Part shown: in pieces, positions 38,607 to 48,993 of the stretch
Numbering within the stretch: position 1 is the stretch's first letter
How the letters are laid out: every line of letters starts with the position of its first letter
Assembly (NCBI GenBank): GCA_040755995.1
Contig: JBFMAF010000049.1
Span: 64,001 to 128,000 of the forward strand
Direction: 5' to 3'
From: Acidobacteriota bacterium
Lineage (GTDB): Bacteria; Acidobacteriota; CAIWXX01
DNA length: 64,000 bases
Notes under the pieces: generated by a model
Database searches by the model: none
What the model saw: only the letters and a program-made list of their open reading frames with translations
What the model was told of the DNA's origin: nothing
Translations under genes and position numbers: made by a program

Positions 38607-40917
38607 TCAGCTTACCTCCTCCATTCGCCTGGCCTCGTCGAGCAGCGGAGCGTACTCGTGCCGGAGGAGCACGCTGTTCTGGAGGGTGCGATCGAGCTTT
38701 TCTGCGGCCCGTTTGGCGCTCTCGATTCGTTTCCCTGTATTGCGCTCAGCCCGCGCTCGGATGAGCTCGAGGGTTCCACTCAGTGCGAGTGCCTCCCACG
38801 GCCGCCGGTTGGACGAAATCGCCTTGTCCGCAGCCGCAATGCCATCGCGTATGTCGCGCTCAGGCGAGACCCCCTTACCTAGATCATATTCCGCATTCCA
38901 GCGGTACACCTCCGCGACCGACGCGTACGTGCCGCGATCGTTCGCGTTTAATTCGAGCGCCTTGTGCAGATACCCGAGTGCCGCCTTGAAATATCGATCC
39001 GCCGGCCTTCCTCGCTTAATGGCCCACCGGCCTGCGACCGTCTCCAGGTGGCCGCCCTCTCTATGAAGTGCATAGTAGTCTTTCTGTGTGGTCAAGGCAC
39101 TCTGAAGCGTTCGTCTGCCCTCCTCCAGGAATTCCGAAGGATTCCGGTCATGAACCAGCTCGTTCCTCGATATGTGTGCATATGTGGCGACCAAGGACAT
39201 GAACGCGGTGCGGTGTATCTGACTGCCTTGAGTGGTTGATTGCAGCTCAGTGAGTACTTGCCTCAGAACCGGAGCGGGATCCCCTCCTTGAAGGGTATCT
39301 GCGAAGGCCATCAGGGCCACAACGTTCCAGAGGGCAGGCCTGACATGCCAAAACTCTGGTTTCATCTTCAACGCGGCAGCGTAGGCAGCACGCGCCTCCT
39401 CAAGCGCCGGACGGGGATCCTGTCCATGCTCCCACTGGTATCCCGCCAGAACATTCTTGCACAAGCCGAGCACGTAAAAGTAGTTCGGCCAGTTTGGGTC
39501 TTTGTCGATGGCCCTCTGGATCCATGAAGCCGATTCCTTAAGGAGGCCAGAAGGGTCCTCACCCAGATTGCCCTTGTACTCAGCGTATACCCTAAGTCCA
39601 TTGCCGTAACGGAAGAGCAATGCCGGGTCATCCGGTTCAAGGTCGAGAGCTTTCTGATGTGCGGTGACCGCACGCCCGTATGATTGATCCGCATCTCGAC
39701 CATGATTCCTTTCGTTGGTACCAAGGAGGGTGAGAGCCACGCCCTGGTTCGAGTAGCCCCTGGCATCATCAGGATTGCGCTTGATCGCCTCCTCGGCCAG
39801 CTCGCACGCCTCCATGCAGAAAGCCTCCGCGTCTTGTCGAGCCTCAACGAGACGTTGCCCCCATCGCCACAGTATTTCCGATTTCATGATGAACGGGTCC
39901 GCGCTTTCCGGATTCGACGTGATTGACTTGTCGCATGCAGCCAGTGCGCTCTGCCCTTCGAGCGAGGATCGGCTCGCCGCTCAGGAAGCGGCCAAGATCT
40001 TCGGCCAGAGACTTCGCCGATGCGTAGCGCTTCTCCGGGTCCTTCTCGATGCACTTCATCGCGATTGTGTCGAGGTCCAGAGGGATGCGCGTGTCGATGC
40101 TCCGGAGCGAACGCGGCTCCTTCCCCAATAGCGCGCTGATGACCTCGAAAGGCGTGCCTTCGAAAACGAGCTTTCCGGAAAGCACCTCGTAGAGGGTTGC
40201 GCCGAGGCTGTATACATCGGTCCGGACATCCACATCGCCGATTCTGCCTGATGCCTGCTCCGGCGACATGTATTCCGGCGTGCCCATCAGCACGCGGGTG
40301 CTGGTCAGCCCGGGTGCCTCCATGTCCCGGACCAATCCGAAGTCCAGTACATACGGTTTCCATGAACCATCTTCGAGACGCTCCACCATGATGTTGCCCG
40401 GCTTGATATCGCGATGGATGAGGCCGAGTCTGTGCGCGGCATGAACCGCCTCGGCCGCCCGCTTCACCGCGAGGACTTTCTCGGCGAGCCCCATCCGCGA
40501 GGCCGCAACACCCAGCGTGTCTCCGGCGATGTACTGCATGGCGATGTAGCGACGGCCGTCGGCCTCGCCGACCTCGTGCACCTTGCATATGCACTCGTGC
40601 TCGATCCGCGCCTGCGCCCGCGCCTCGTTCATCAGCCGCACGGCCATCTGCGGATCCTCGGCCCGCAGCAACTTCAGCGCAACGATGCGATCCAGGTCCG
40701 GATCGCGCGCCTTGTAGACCACGGCCATCCCGCCGCGGCCCACGAGGTCGACGATCTCGAAGCGCCCTATGCGCGCTCCCGCCGGCAGGACCTCGACACC
40801 AGGCAAAGCGATGCCGATGTCGGCCTGCGGCGAAGCAACGGGGTGATCTGCCGTTTCTGGCAGACGCGTGGCGGCACTCTCATCCTCCCATTCCCCACGA
40901 ATCGGCTTGTCTTCCAC
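38607..40917 (-). pseudogene. Split Ser/Thr kinase-TPR gene (kinase 39844-40917, TPR part 38607-~39960)
   Basis: Intact kinase motifs end at GEPILAR; TPR-like sequence resumes in another frame with no TM segment between. Confidence 0.65.
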
Positions 40918-41121
40918 GCCGCAAGATCTCTATGACGGACTATGCCACAGGGACCCGGCTGAGACAAGTTCAGGAATGGCCTCGTCAAGCCATGGAGCGC
41001 ACACGTGCCTGAGGAGTGCGCTGTTCCTGAGCGCGAGCCGGATCTTCTCTCCAGCGCGGCTGGCACACATGCCTGGTAGAATCGGCGTTGATTCCGCCGT
41101 TTTTTGGTATAAAATGGCGGT

Positions 41122-41544
41122 GTGTATGCCAGATTAGTACGCTATCCGCCGAACAGGAGCTTCTTTCTGTTCGGGCCGAGGTCGACGGGGAAATCGACGT
41201 GGGTGCAGTCGGAGTTCCCCGCAGCTCTGTATATCGATCTGCTCAAGGCCTCGATGTACAACAGGCTCGCGGCCGAGCCCGAACGCCTGGACAAACTCAT
41301 CCCGGTCGGATTCGGTGACTCGGTTGTCATTGATGAGGTGCAGAGAATACCCGAGCTGTTGAACGAGGTGCACCGCCTGATCGAGAGACGCAAGGCGAAG
41401 TTCGTTCTCACTGGATCGAGCGCCCGGAAGCTCAGGCGCGGCGGAGTGAACCTTCTGGGTGGGCGGGCAACGACACTTCGGATGTTCCCGCTGACTGCTG
41501 CGGAATTGGGCAGTGATTTCAATGACAACTTGTCCGAGGCATGA
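41122..41544 (+). pseudogene. Truncated AAA+ ATPase (AAA_14 / DUF4143 type)
   Basis: GPRSTGKST, VIDEVQR, LTGSSARKL, LLGGRA; ends at 140 aa. Confidence 0.75.
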
Positions 41545-41566
41545 CTAGAATCTCGATGTAGCTCAC

Positions 41567-42943
41567 ATGAAGAAATACATCATCATTGGGATCATCGTCA
41601 GCTCCCCGGTTCTGCTGGCAGGCGGCTTCTTTGTGCACAGGTACATGGGCTACATGCGCTACGGATCGCTCATCAAGAAGGGTGAGCGATTGCTGAGCGC
41701 CGGCCAGAGCTTCCCGGCGCTCGCTGCGTACACCGAGGCAGTGAAGCTCCAGCCGAACCGCCCTCTGGCATATCTGGAGCGGAGCAGGGCGCACATCGCC
41801 AGATCCGAGCGCGCCGACGCAATCAGAGATCTCAAGAAGGCGATCGATCTCAAGCCTGACAACCCGGGCCCGTACATCGTGCTGGGCGATCTGTATCTGC
41901 AGACCGACGACTACTTCAAGGCGGCTGGAGAATACGAGCGGGCCATAGGGCTCGGCGTCGTTCGCGCGCCGTTGTACTACAAATATGGCTATGCGATGTT
42001 CCGGGCCTCCGAGTTCGACACGGCCATCCAGGGTCTCAAGAAGGCGCTGGAAGAGAGCCCCGACATGGGTCTGGCTTCCGCGCTCATGGGCACGATCTAT
42101 CTCGGGCGCGGAGAGCTCGAGCCGGCCGAGACGGCCCTGCGAAACTCGATTGGCCAGCTGCCGGAGAAGGATCGGCCGTACACTGAGCTCGGGCTCTGCC
42201 TGTATGAACGCGGCAAGTACCAGGACGCGATGGGATTCTTCAAGAAGGCCCTGGAGACACAGGGCAAGAAGACCAGCCTCTACGTGATGTCTGCGCGCTG
42301 CCTGGCAATGACCGGAGATCGAGAAGGCGCCATCCGCCAACTCGAGTCTGCAATCGCGCAGGATTCGAAGCAGAGCGCCGGGTACGTTGAGTTGGCCCGC
42401 CTCTGGATTCGCGCAGCCGACGAGCAGACTGACGCGTTCGCCACAGAGAAGGCTGTCACTGCGATCGAACAGGCGCTCGCCATCTCACCGAACAGCAGCG
42501 AACTGCACTTCATGCTGGGGCGCGTCTACGAAATCCGGAAGGACTACGCTCGCGCGATGGAATCGTACAATCGCGCTACGCGCCTCTGGCCGACAGTCCC
42601 CGAATCTTACGAGCAGATGGCGGCCGTCAGCATCCAGCAAAGGAACCGGCCGCAGGCGGAGCGGTTTCTGCAGAAGGCCGCGGTGCTCAAGGCCAAGAGC
42701 CCGGGTGTGTTCAGCTTCTACGGGCGGTTTCTCATGACGGATCGCCGGTACGACGAAGCCGCGGACAGGTTCAGGACGGCGATAACACTGAACCCGAACA
42801 ACACGGGGTACTATCTCTCCCTCGCCGAGGCGCAGCGCCTGGCCGGACGCAGGACCGACGCACGAGAGACGCTGCAGCGGGCGCTTGCCGTCGAGCCCAA
42901 CAACGCCGAAATTCAGGCGGCCTTGAGGCGCATCGGCGCATAG
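41567..42943 (+). CDS. Membrane-anchored TPR protein
   Basis: N-terminal hydrophobic anchor, ~10 TPR-like repeats (A...P.N pattern). Confidence 0.88.
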   Translation: MKKYIIIGIIVSSPVLLAGGFFVHRYMGYMRYGSLIKKGERLLSAGQSFPALAAYTEAVKLQPNRPLAYLERSRAHIARSERADAIRDLKKAIDLKPDNPGPYIVLGDLYLQTDDYFKAAGEYERAIGLGVVRAPLYYKYGYAMFRASEFDTAIQGLKKALEESPDMGLASALMGTIYLGRGELEPAETALRNSIGQLPEKDRPYTELGLCLYERGKYQDAMGFFKKALETQGKKTSLYVMSARCLAMTGDREGAIRQLESAIAQDSKQSAGYVELARLWIRAADEQTDAFATEKAVTAIEQALAISPNSSELHFMLGRVYEIRKDYARAMESYNRATRLWPTVPESYEQMAAVSIQQRNRPQAERFLQKAAVLKAKSPGVFSFYGRFLMTDRRYDEAADRFRTAITLNPNNTGYYLSLAEAQRLAGRRTDARETLQRALAVEPNNAEIQAALRRIGA

Positions 42944-42985
42944 GGGCACGGCCCGCCGCCTCCCAGGGCACGGCATGCCATGCCC

Positions 42986-43447
42986 CTATTTCTTCTTCCT
43001 CTTCCACATCCTGATTTCGTTGCCGCGCCGGTTGAATTCAATCCTGTCCATGTAGTGACTGATCAGGAAGATGCCGCGACCGTGAGTCCGCAGCAGGTTC
43101 TCCGGCACCGTCGGATCAGGTACGAAAGACGTTCTGAACCCAGTCCCCTGGTCCCGAATACGGATTTCCAGCAAGTCATCGCCGTGGAGGTAGCAGCGAA
43201 CTTTGACTCGCCTGTCGGGCACATTCGAGTTGCCGTGTATGACCGCGTTGGCCAGGGCTTCGTCCAGAGCGACACGCAGATCCTTGACCGCCTCCTCCTT
43301 GAACCCGACCGTCTCCGCCTCTTGCAGGATGTCCCCGGTGATACGATGGATCGCCTGGAGCTGGCTCTGGATCTCGCCCTTGCACAGGAGCTTTCTTCTA
43401 CGACCAGAAGGTCTGAGGCGAGATAGTAGCTGCTGCGGCTTAATCAT
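42986..43447 (-). CDS. RsbW-like anti-sigma factor / Ser kinase (HATPase_c_2)
   Basis: ALDEALANAVIHGN, DQGTGF, GRGIFLI; start uncertain. Confidence 0.85.
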   Translation of the reverse strand: MIKPQQLLSRLRPSGRRRKLLCKGEIQSQLQAIHRITGDILQEAETVGFKEEAVKDLRVALDEALANAVIHGNSNVPDRRVKVRCYLHGDDLLEIRIRDQGTGFRTSFVPDPTVPENLLRTHGRGIFLISHYMDRIEFNRRGNEIRMWKRKKK

Positions 43448-43509
43448 GTTCTTCCGAGCAGCGCGTCATCGCCGGTCAATTCCCACGGTTTTCGCTCTCG
43501 CCCTCCGAC
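43444..43509 (-). repeat. ~65-bp dispersed repeat, copy 2
   Basis: Inverted match to 18994-19058. Confidence 0.75.
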
Positions 43510-43597
43510 AGGTCCGAGGCCCAGCCTCGGTTGACATTGTAGCTCATTGCCCGGCCAAGTTCTAATACGAAATCCGGCTGAGCGAGCGTAGTTTTCC

Positions 43598-43627
43598 TTG
43601 ACACTGCTGGAAAGCCACGACTATAAT
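43598..43627 (+). promoter_or_regulatory. Consensus sigma70 promoter of the OmpA-family gene
   Basis: TTGACA-N18-TATAAT, then AAGGAGG RBS. Confidence 0.8.
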
Positions 43628-43671
43628 CTTGCTAACATGCGATCGATTCAAACCATGCGAAGGAGGTACGC

Positions 43672-45003
43672 GTGAGAACCTATTCGGCTATCCTCTTGGC
43701 ATTGCTGCTGGTGTCTGGCCCGCTGTTCGCTGGTCAAGCCTCACAGGCCTCCACGAATAGTGGCGAGACGGGAATCTTCAACATCTTTACCGCAGACACT
43801 CTGAACAAAGGGAAGTGGTCGTTTGGCGTCTTTGGTGAGAACCTCGACCGCGAGGACAAGAACCTCGACGTCAACAACTACTCCTTTGCGTTTGCCTACG
43901 GTGTCTCGGATCGAGTTGAGCTGGCCGGCTCGTGGAACTTCCTCACCCGCAGCAAGTTCAACCAGATCGACCAGGACGTCGTCAACAACGATGCTCCCAT
44001 CGCCATCAACTCGTGGAACCAGGGGGTCGGTGACTTCCAGGTCGGCGGGAAGGTGAACCTGATGAGCGAGGACGAGGGGAGCCCGGTCGGTCTCGCCGTG
44101 CGGGCCTTCTTGAAGTTCCCCACCGCGGATGACCGGAAGTCGCTAGGCACCGGGGCCGCGAGCGGTGGAGGCGATTTCGTTCTCAGCAAGACGCTGGGTA
44201 CCTGCAGCGTCCTGGCCTTCAACGCCGGTGTGGTCATCAACGGCGATAACGAGGACATCGTCATACTGAATGCTGCGCGCGTCGGTGCCGGAGTTGATCT
44301 CCACGTGGCCGGCGGTCTGCATGCGATCGCTGAGCTGCGGGCGATGCCTTTGCTGGGCAACGGCGATGAGGACAGAAGCACGCCCGTCGACTTGAGCGCC
44401 GGCCTCGAGTATGAATTGAGCAACGGTATGTCCTTCGGCGCGATGTACCGCAACAACGTCGCCTGGGACGCCTACTCGAACGCAACGAAGCAGGGCGCGG
44501 TCGGGTTCATCCGCTTCGGTACGCCGTCCGAGTGTGTTGCCCCACCGCCGCCGCCTCCTCCACCGCCGGCGCCGGAGCCAACTCCTCCACCGCCGCCACC
44601 ACCGCCCGAGCCGCCGAAGCCGCCGGAGGTGACCCCGGTCCAACCGAAGCTGCCGCCGGCAGATATCGTGCTCACGGACGTCCACTTCAAGTTCGACCGG
44701 TACGACCTGACCGACGAGGCCAAGGGCATCATCGAGGCCGCCGCGAAGTTCCTGCAGGAGTACCCGGACGTCAATTGCCAGATCGAAGGACACTGCTGCA
44801 GCATCGGCACCGAAGAGTACAACATGGCACTCGGGCAGCGCCGTGCGGACGCCGTGAGGAGCTACCTCATCAGCGCGTTCAACGTCGATGCAAACCGCCT
44901 GACGACGATCAGCTACGGCGAATCCAAGCCGATGTACGACAACTCCAAGGAAATCACCCGCAAGCTGAACCGCCGGGCGCACTTCAACATCCTGATCCAG
45001 TAA
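43672..45003 (+). CDS. OmpA-family outer membrane protein
   Basis: Signal peptide, beta-rich domain, poly-Pro linker, VHFKFD...IEGH...YNMALGQRRA...NRRA. Confidence 0.9.
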   Translation: MRTYSAILLALLLVSGPLFAGQASQASTNSGETGIFNIFTADTLNKGKWSFGVFGENLDREDKNLDVNNYSFAFAYGVSDRVELAGSWNFLTRSKFNQIDQDVVNNDAPIAINSWNQGVGDFQVGGKVNLMSEDEGSPVGLAVRAFLKFPTADDRKSLGTGAASGGGDFVLSKTLGTCSVLAFNAGVVINGDNEDIVILNAARVGAGVDLHVAGGLHAIAELRAMPLLGNGDEDRSTPVDLSAGLEYELSNGMSFGAMYRNNVAWDAYSNATKQGAVGFIRFGTPSECVAPPPPPPPPPAPEPTPPPPPPPPEPPKPPEVTPVQPKLPPADIVLTDVHFKFDRYDLTDEAKGIIEAAAKFLQEYPDVNCQIEGHCCSIGTEEYNMALGQRRADAVRSYLISAFNVDANRLTTISYGESKPMYDNSKEITRKLNRRAHFNILIQ

Positions 45004-45019
45004 GACTCGTATCCCACTC

Positions 45020-45048
45020 GGCCTCGCCCCCGCCACGGGGGCGAGGCC
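45020..45048. terminator. Perfect 12-bp GC hairpin after the OmpA-family gene
   Basis: GGCCTCGCCCCC-GCCAC-GGGGGCGAGGCC; no U tract. Confidence 0.55.
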
Positions 45049-45190
45049 ACGTGGCTATCCCGCCTCACATCCGGGCTCGGTTCGCGCGGAGGCAGTCACC
45101 GGAGTCGTGTGGCTTCCGGTCTCCGCGTGGTCTGCGACGGGCGACAACTCCCCTTCGCCAGGAACGCGGATTCAAGCTGGGGTGTGTTAG

Positions 45191-45730
45191 CTACCGGGGT
45201 GGCGGTGGCGCGAACGGCGAGCGTGTCACCGGGCCTGCCATCAGGATCTTCAGGAAGGCCTGGCGAAAGACAGGATCCATCTTCTGGAAGATCGGGTTCC
45301 TGGACAGGATCCGCTGTCGCAGGTCCGGCCGCATCCGCCGCAGTGACTCGAGTCTTATCGCCGCCCGCTGCTGAATCTCGGGGGGCAACTTCAGGAAACG
45401 CCATACAATCGCCCTGGCCGCTCTGCGCTCGGGCTCCGGCATGCTCCTGAATGTCTGCCACCGGCTCTGCACAAACCATTTCTGCTGTGTGCCCAGCTTC
45501 TGAAAGGCCTCGAATCGAGCCCGGATCGCCTGCTGCTGAGCCGCAGGGAGCGCCTTGAAGCGCTGGTACCTGGCGATCAGCTCCTTCCGCTGCTCCGAGG
45601 AAAGCTCCATCCACCGGCTCATCAGCTGCTGGCGCTGCTGATCCGGCAGGCTCATGGCCGAGGATGACCGCCCTGCGGCGACGCAGATCGCCAGAAGCAG
45701 GCAGGCCACATCACGCACTCGAATCCTCAT
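45191..45730 (-). CDS. Exported DUF3106-like helical protein
   Basis: Signal peptide; repeated W..L..EQ / F..LP.. units. Confidence 0.65.
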   Translation of the reverse strand: MRIRVRDVACLLLAICVAAGRSSSAMSLPDQQRQQLMSRWMELSSEQRKELIARYQRFKALPAAQQQAIRARFEAFQKLGTQQKWFVQSRWQTFRSMPEPERRAARAIVWRFLKLPPEIQQRAAIRLESLRRMRPDLRQRILSRNPIFQKMDPVFRQAFLKILMAGPVTRSPFAPPPPR

Positions 45731-46326
45731 GACTCGGTCTCCACCGGCAGCACTACGTTCTCCGCAGCACCGTTGGTTTCAGCCTGCTCGATCATCTCGC
45801 TGTATTGGAGGTAGAGCGCGAAGTCGAGATTCTCGAGGATCTCCTCATCGACCGCCTCTGGTGTCGCAGTGGGGGCCGAAGGGACCGGCGGAGCGGCCAC
45901 TTCCACCGCGGCCTCCGGCGGCGCGACAGGGACCTGTACCGGTTGATGCGTCGCTTGTGGCGGAGTCCGCCGCAGCCGCACAGACGGAGCCTCCGGAGCG
46001 CGACGAACCGCCAGCCAGCTGAACAGCACGACCATCAGAGTCGCGACGGGAACGGTCAGGCGAACCCAATGCGGCAGGCCGAACCACGACCACCGCCGCT
46101 TCCTGCGCTCCACCTCGCTCCAGAACCGAGCGCGAAAAGCCGGCGAGAGACGCGCGTCGGCGTGCGCATCCGCCGCCAGGCGCCGAAGCTGCCCGCGTAC
46201 ACGCTCGAGCTCGTGACCGCACGCGGCACACGACTCAATGTGCGCCGCCATCTGCGCTCTACCGGTCTCATCCCCGAGCGCATACTCCTCCAGCCGCGCC
46301 CGCACCCTCTCACACTGGCTCTTCAT
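45727..46326 (-). CDS. Zinc-finger (HxxxCxxC) transmembrane anti-sigma factor
   Basis: C...RL..Y, AHIESCAAC, TM segment. Confidence 0.75.
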   Translation of the reverse strand: MKSQCERVRARLEEYALGDETGRAQMAAHIESCAACGHELERVRGQLRRLAADAHADARLSPAFRARFWSEVERRKRRWSWFGLPHWVRLTVPVATLMVVLFSWLAVRRAPEAPSVRLRRTPPQATHQPVQVPVAPPEAAVEVAAPPVPSAPTATPEAVDEEILENLDFALYLQYSEMIEQAETNGAAENVVLPVETES

Positions 46327-46329
46327 ACT

Positions 46330-46570
46330 CCCCTCATCCCCTTAGAACCCGCTCCGGGCAATACAGTTTATCAGATGTGGCGCGGATCGGGCCAGCACAC
46401 TGGAACGGATTCAGCGATGGCCTCCAAGGGATGGATCGTAGTAGGGGAGACGGTAGTCGAGCAGACCACCCTCGCCTGCCTGGCGGCCGGTGTACAGGAA
46501 GCTGTTTGGGATAGTCGCGGAAGGCGTTTGTGTCTCGCCCCAGGCGTCGTAAGAGCAGCCGCTCGCCACC
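46330..46570 (-). pseudogene. Possible eroded ECF sigma factor remnant
   Basis: Fragments ERLLLRRLGRDTNAF, RQARVV, LPYYD, PLEAIAES in shifting frames, in the position expected for the sigma gene. Confidence 0.4.
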
Positions 46571-46599
46571 CGAAAGGCGATATAGCAGAGTTGTCAATG

Positions 46600-46974
46600 C
46601 TACGTCACGCCGAACTTCGCCTTCATCGCCCGCCGCCGAGAGACTGTATGCCTCTCCATGTCTATCATGAGACGGAAATCCTGAAGCACATGCGTACCGA
46701 CAATCGGCTCACAGTCCGGTGGGCCGATAACGATGTTACCTGCAACTGTTTCACTGCCAAAGCTGAACAGGCAGAAGCCATACGGCAATTCTCGGACACT
46801 GCCGTCAGCCAGCTCTAGTTCGATCTTGCCGGCTGGCTGGATCCCCAGCTCGCCGGCTACCGCCTCAGGAATCCACGCCCGTGTCGCCCCTGTGTCTACA
46901 AGAAAAGATATCTCTCGCTGTCGTTCCAGGTTGGCAATATTGGCGACCGTCAGTTCAAGGTATATGTCCCCCAT
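46600..46974 (-). CDS. Clan AA aspartic protease, AF_0612 type (second paralogue)
   Basis: FLVDTGAT, ELADGS, PIVGTHVLQ. Confidence 0.82.
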   Translation of the reverse strand: MGDIYLELTVANIANLERQREISFLVDTGATRAWIPEAVAGELGIQPAGKIELELADGSVRELPYGFCLFSFGSETVAGNIVIGPPDCEPIVGTHVLQDFRLMIDMERHTVSRRRAMKAKFGVT

Positions 46975-47001
46975 ACTCCACCTCGCTAGTCTTGTAACAT
47001 G

Positions 47002-47010
47002 ATTATAGCA
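47002..47010 (-). promoter_or_regulatory. Extended -10 element
   Basis: TGCTATAAT just upstream of the protease gene. Confidence 0.5.
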
Positions 47011-47083
47011 CGCGAGCGGGTGCGCGCATGGCGGTCTCGAATGCCCACCCCCGCCGCAGCCCTGGGGGCGGGGATGGGCGCTA

Positions 47084-47109
47084 TACAGCGCGAGCAGCGT
47101 CGCGCTGCA
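47084..47109. repeat. Minimal IR copy of the TACAGCGC element
   Basis: TACAGCGCGA-GCAGCG-TCGCGCTGCA. Confidence 0.45.
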
Positions 47110-47115
47110 TGAAAC

Positions 47116-48093
47116 CTACTGCGCGAGGAGCTTCTTGAATTCTTCCACGAGCTTCGGGACGACTTCGAAGAGGTCGCCTACGATCCCGTAGTCCGCAAGC
47201 TTGAAAATCGGCGCCTCGGGATCTTTGTTGACTGCCACGATACACTTGCTGGAGCTCATGCCGGCCAGATGCTGGATGGCACCCGAGATTCCGCAGGCGA
47301 TGTAGAGCTGTGGGGAGACGACCTTGCCGGTCTGGCCCACCTGGTGGCTGTGATCGATCCAGCCGGAGTCGACTGCCGCGCGGCTCGCGCCGAGCGCTGC
47401 GTTGGGAATCACGGCAACGAGTTTGCGAAGAACATCGAAGTTCTCGTGGCCCTTCATGCCACGGCCGCCGGAAATTACGACCTGCGCTTCGGCCACGTCC
47501 AGCTCCCCCGCCGCTCCTCGCAGCACCTCGACCACCCTCGATGTGGCCTTGGTCGCGTCCAGGGAAACGTCAAGCGGTGTCAGGGCGCAAGAGAGTCCGG
47601 CAGCCGGCGCATCAGCGGGGAACACGTTTGGTCTCAAGGTGAAAAGATGCGGTGCCTCCCCCTGGAACGACACGGTCGCCAGCGCCTTGCCTGAGTACAC
47701 GGGGCGCACCAGCTTGAGGCCTCCGTCCCACTTCATCTCGATACAGTCCATTGCGGCCGTGCGCCCGAGCCTCGCCGAGAGCCTTCCGAAGAGCTCGCGT
47801 CCAAGGACGGTGGCTGATCCGCCGATGAAATCGGGCTTCACCTTGTCGGCTGCGGCCGCGACAGCGGCGGCATGGAGATCGCTGGAGAACCCCGCCGTCG
47901 ACGGGGCGTTCACGGTGTAGACGGCCGACACGCCGTACTGTGCCAGCGAGGACGCGTCGTCGCATTGTCCTATCACCACGGCTGCGGCGGTGGAGTCGCC
48001 GGCGACGCGGCGAGCCGCGCAAAGCGCCTCGATCGAGCTCTTGCGTGCCTTGGAGTCTTTCGTCTCGATATAGATGAGGAATGTCTTGCCCAT
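47116..48093 (-). CDS. etfA: Electron transfer flavoprotein alpha subunit
   Basis: [27 protein letters not shown]. Confidence 0.95.
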   Translation of the reverse strand: MGKTFLIYIETKDSKARKSSIEALCAARRVAGDSTAAAVVIGQCDDASSLAQYGVSAVYTVNAPSTAGFSSDLHAAAVAAAADKVKPDFIGGSATVLGRELFGRLSARLGRTAAMDCIEMKWDGGLKLVRPVYSGKALATVSFQGEAPHLFTLRPNVFPADAPAAGLSCALTPLDVSLDATKATSRVVEVLRGAAGELDVAEAQVVISGGRGMKGHENFDVLRKLVAVIPNAALGASRAAVDSGWIDHSHQVGQTGKVVSPQLYIACGISGAIQHLAGMSSSKCIVAVNKDPEAPIFKLADYGIVGDLFEVVPKLVEEFKKLLAQ

Positions 48094-48102
48094 GTCGTCC
48101 TC

Positions 48103-48882
48103 CTAGATGATCTTCGCTTCGTTGCGCAACAGGCTGACCAGCTGCTGAGCGGTGTCCTCGGCGGTTCCCTGCAGTACCTTGCCTGCCTTGCGCGGCGGCG
48201 GCAGCACGTAGGAGTCGTGCGTGAGGGTGGAAGCGCCGATGGAGTCGGCCGTGACGCCGAGGCTCTGCGCGTTCCACACGTCGATGGGCTTTTTCTTGGC
48301 GGCCATTATGCCTTTCAGGTTGGCTATGCGTGGATCGTTGAGTCCCTTCTGCGCCGAGACGATCGCCGGCAGGCCGCATTCGACCCACTCCGATCCCCCG
48401 TCGACCTCGCGCAGGCACCGGACCTTGTCAGCTTCTACCGAGAGCTTCGTGACGATATTGGCCAGCGGCAAGCCGAGCAGCTCAGCGACCATCGATTGCA
48501 CGAGTCCCTGGTCCACTCCCACTCCCTGTTTGCCGAACAGCACCAGGTCATGCGGGATCTTCCTGATGGCCTCGGCAAGGACTCGTGCGACAGCCAATGC
48601 GTCCAGATTGTCGAACAGCGGGTCCTTCAGGTGCACGGCCGCGTCCACGCCAAGCGCGAAGGCGGAACGCAGCATGGTGGTGCATCGCTCGGGGCCCAGC
48701 GTGAGCGCGGTGATCTTGCCGCTCTTGGCCTCACGAATGCGGAGAGCCTCCTCCAGCGCGAACTCGTCGTAGGGGCTCATGATCCATTCGATCTGCTCCT
48801 CCGAGACAGTCTTGCCGTCGGGCGCGATCTTGATCCGCGCATCGGTGGCGAAGACCTGCTTCAAGCACACGATGATGTTCAT
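48103..48882 (-). CDS. etfB: Electron transfer flavoprotein beta subunit
   Basis: VCLKQV, PYDEFALEEAL, GKQ, NDPR, AKKK. Confidence 0.95.
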   Translation of the reverse strand: MNIIVCLKQVFATDARIKIAPDGKTVSEEQIEWIMSPYDEFALEEALRIREAKSGKITALTLGPERCTTMLRSAFALGVDAAVHLKDPLFDNLDALAVARVLAEAIRKIPHDLVLFGKQGVGVDQGLVQSMVAELLGLPLANIVTKLSVEADKVRCLREVDGGSEWVECGLPAIVSAQKGLNDPRIANLKGIMAAKKKPIDVWNAQSLGVTADSIGASTLTHDSYVLPPPRKAGKVLQGTAEDTAQQLVSLLRNEAKII

Positions 48883-48993
48883 TAGTCCTCCAAATGATGA
48901 CTGGTATTGGGATATCGGAAATGGAATTCCGGTCGTGCTCCTGACATGCGGACCTCAAGATCCAGAATCAGCAGTCCCAAGTCCGGGATTCGT

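Noticed and set aside
46334..46597. 87-aa ORF as a functional gene
   Set aside because: Sigma-like fragments fall in different frames; more consistent with a remnant.
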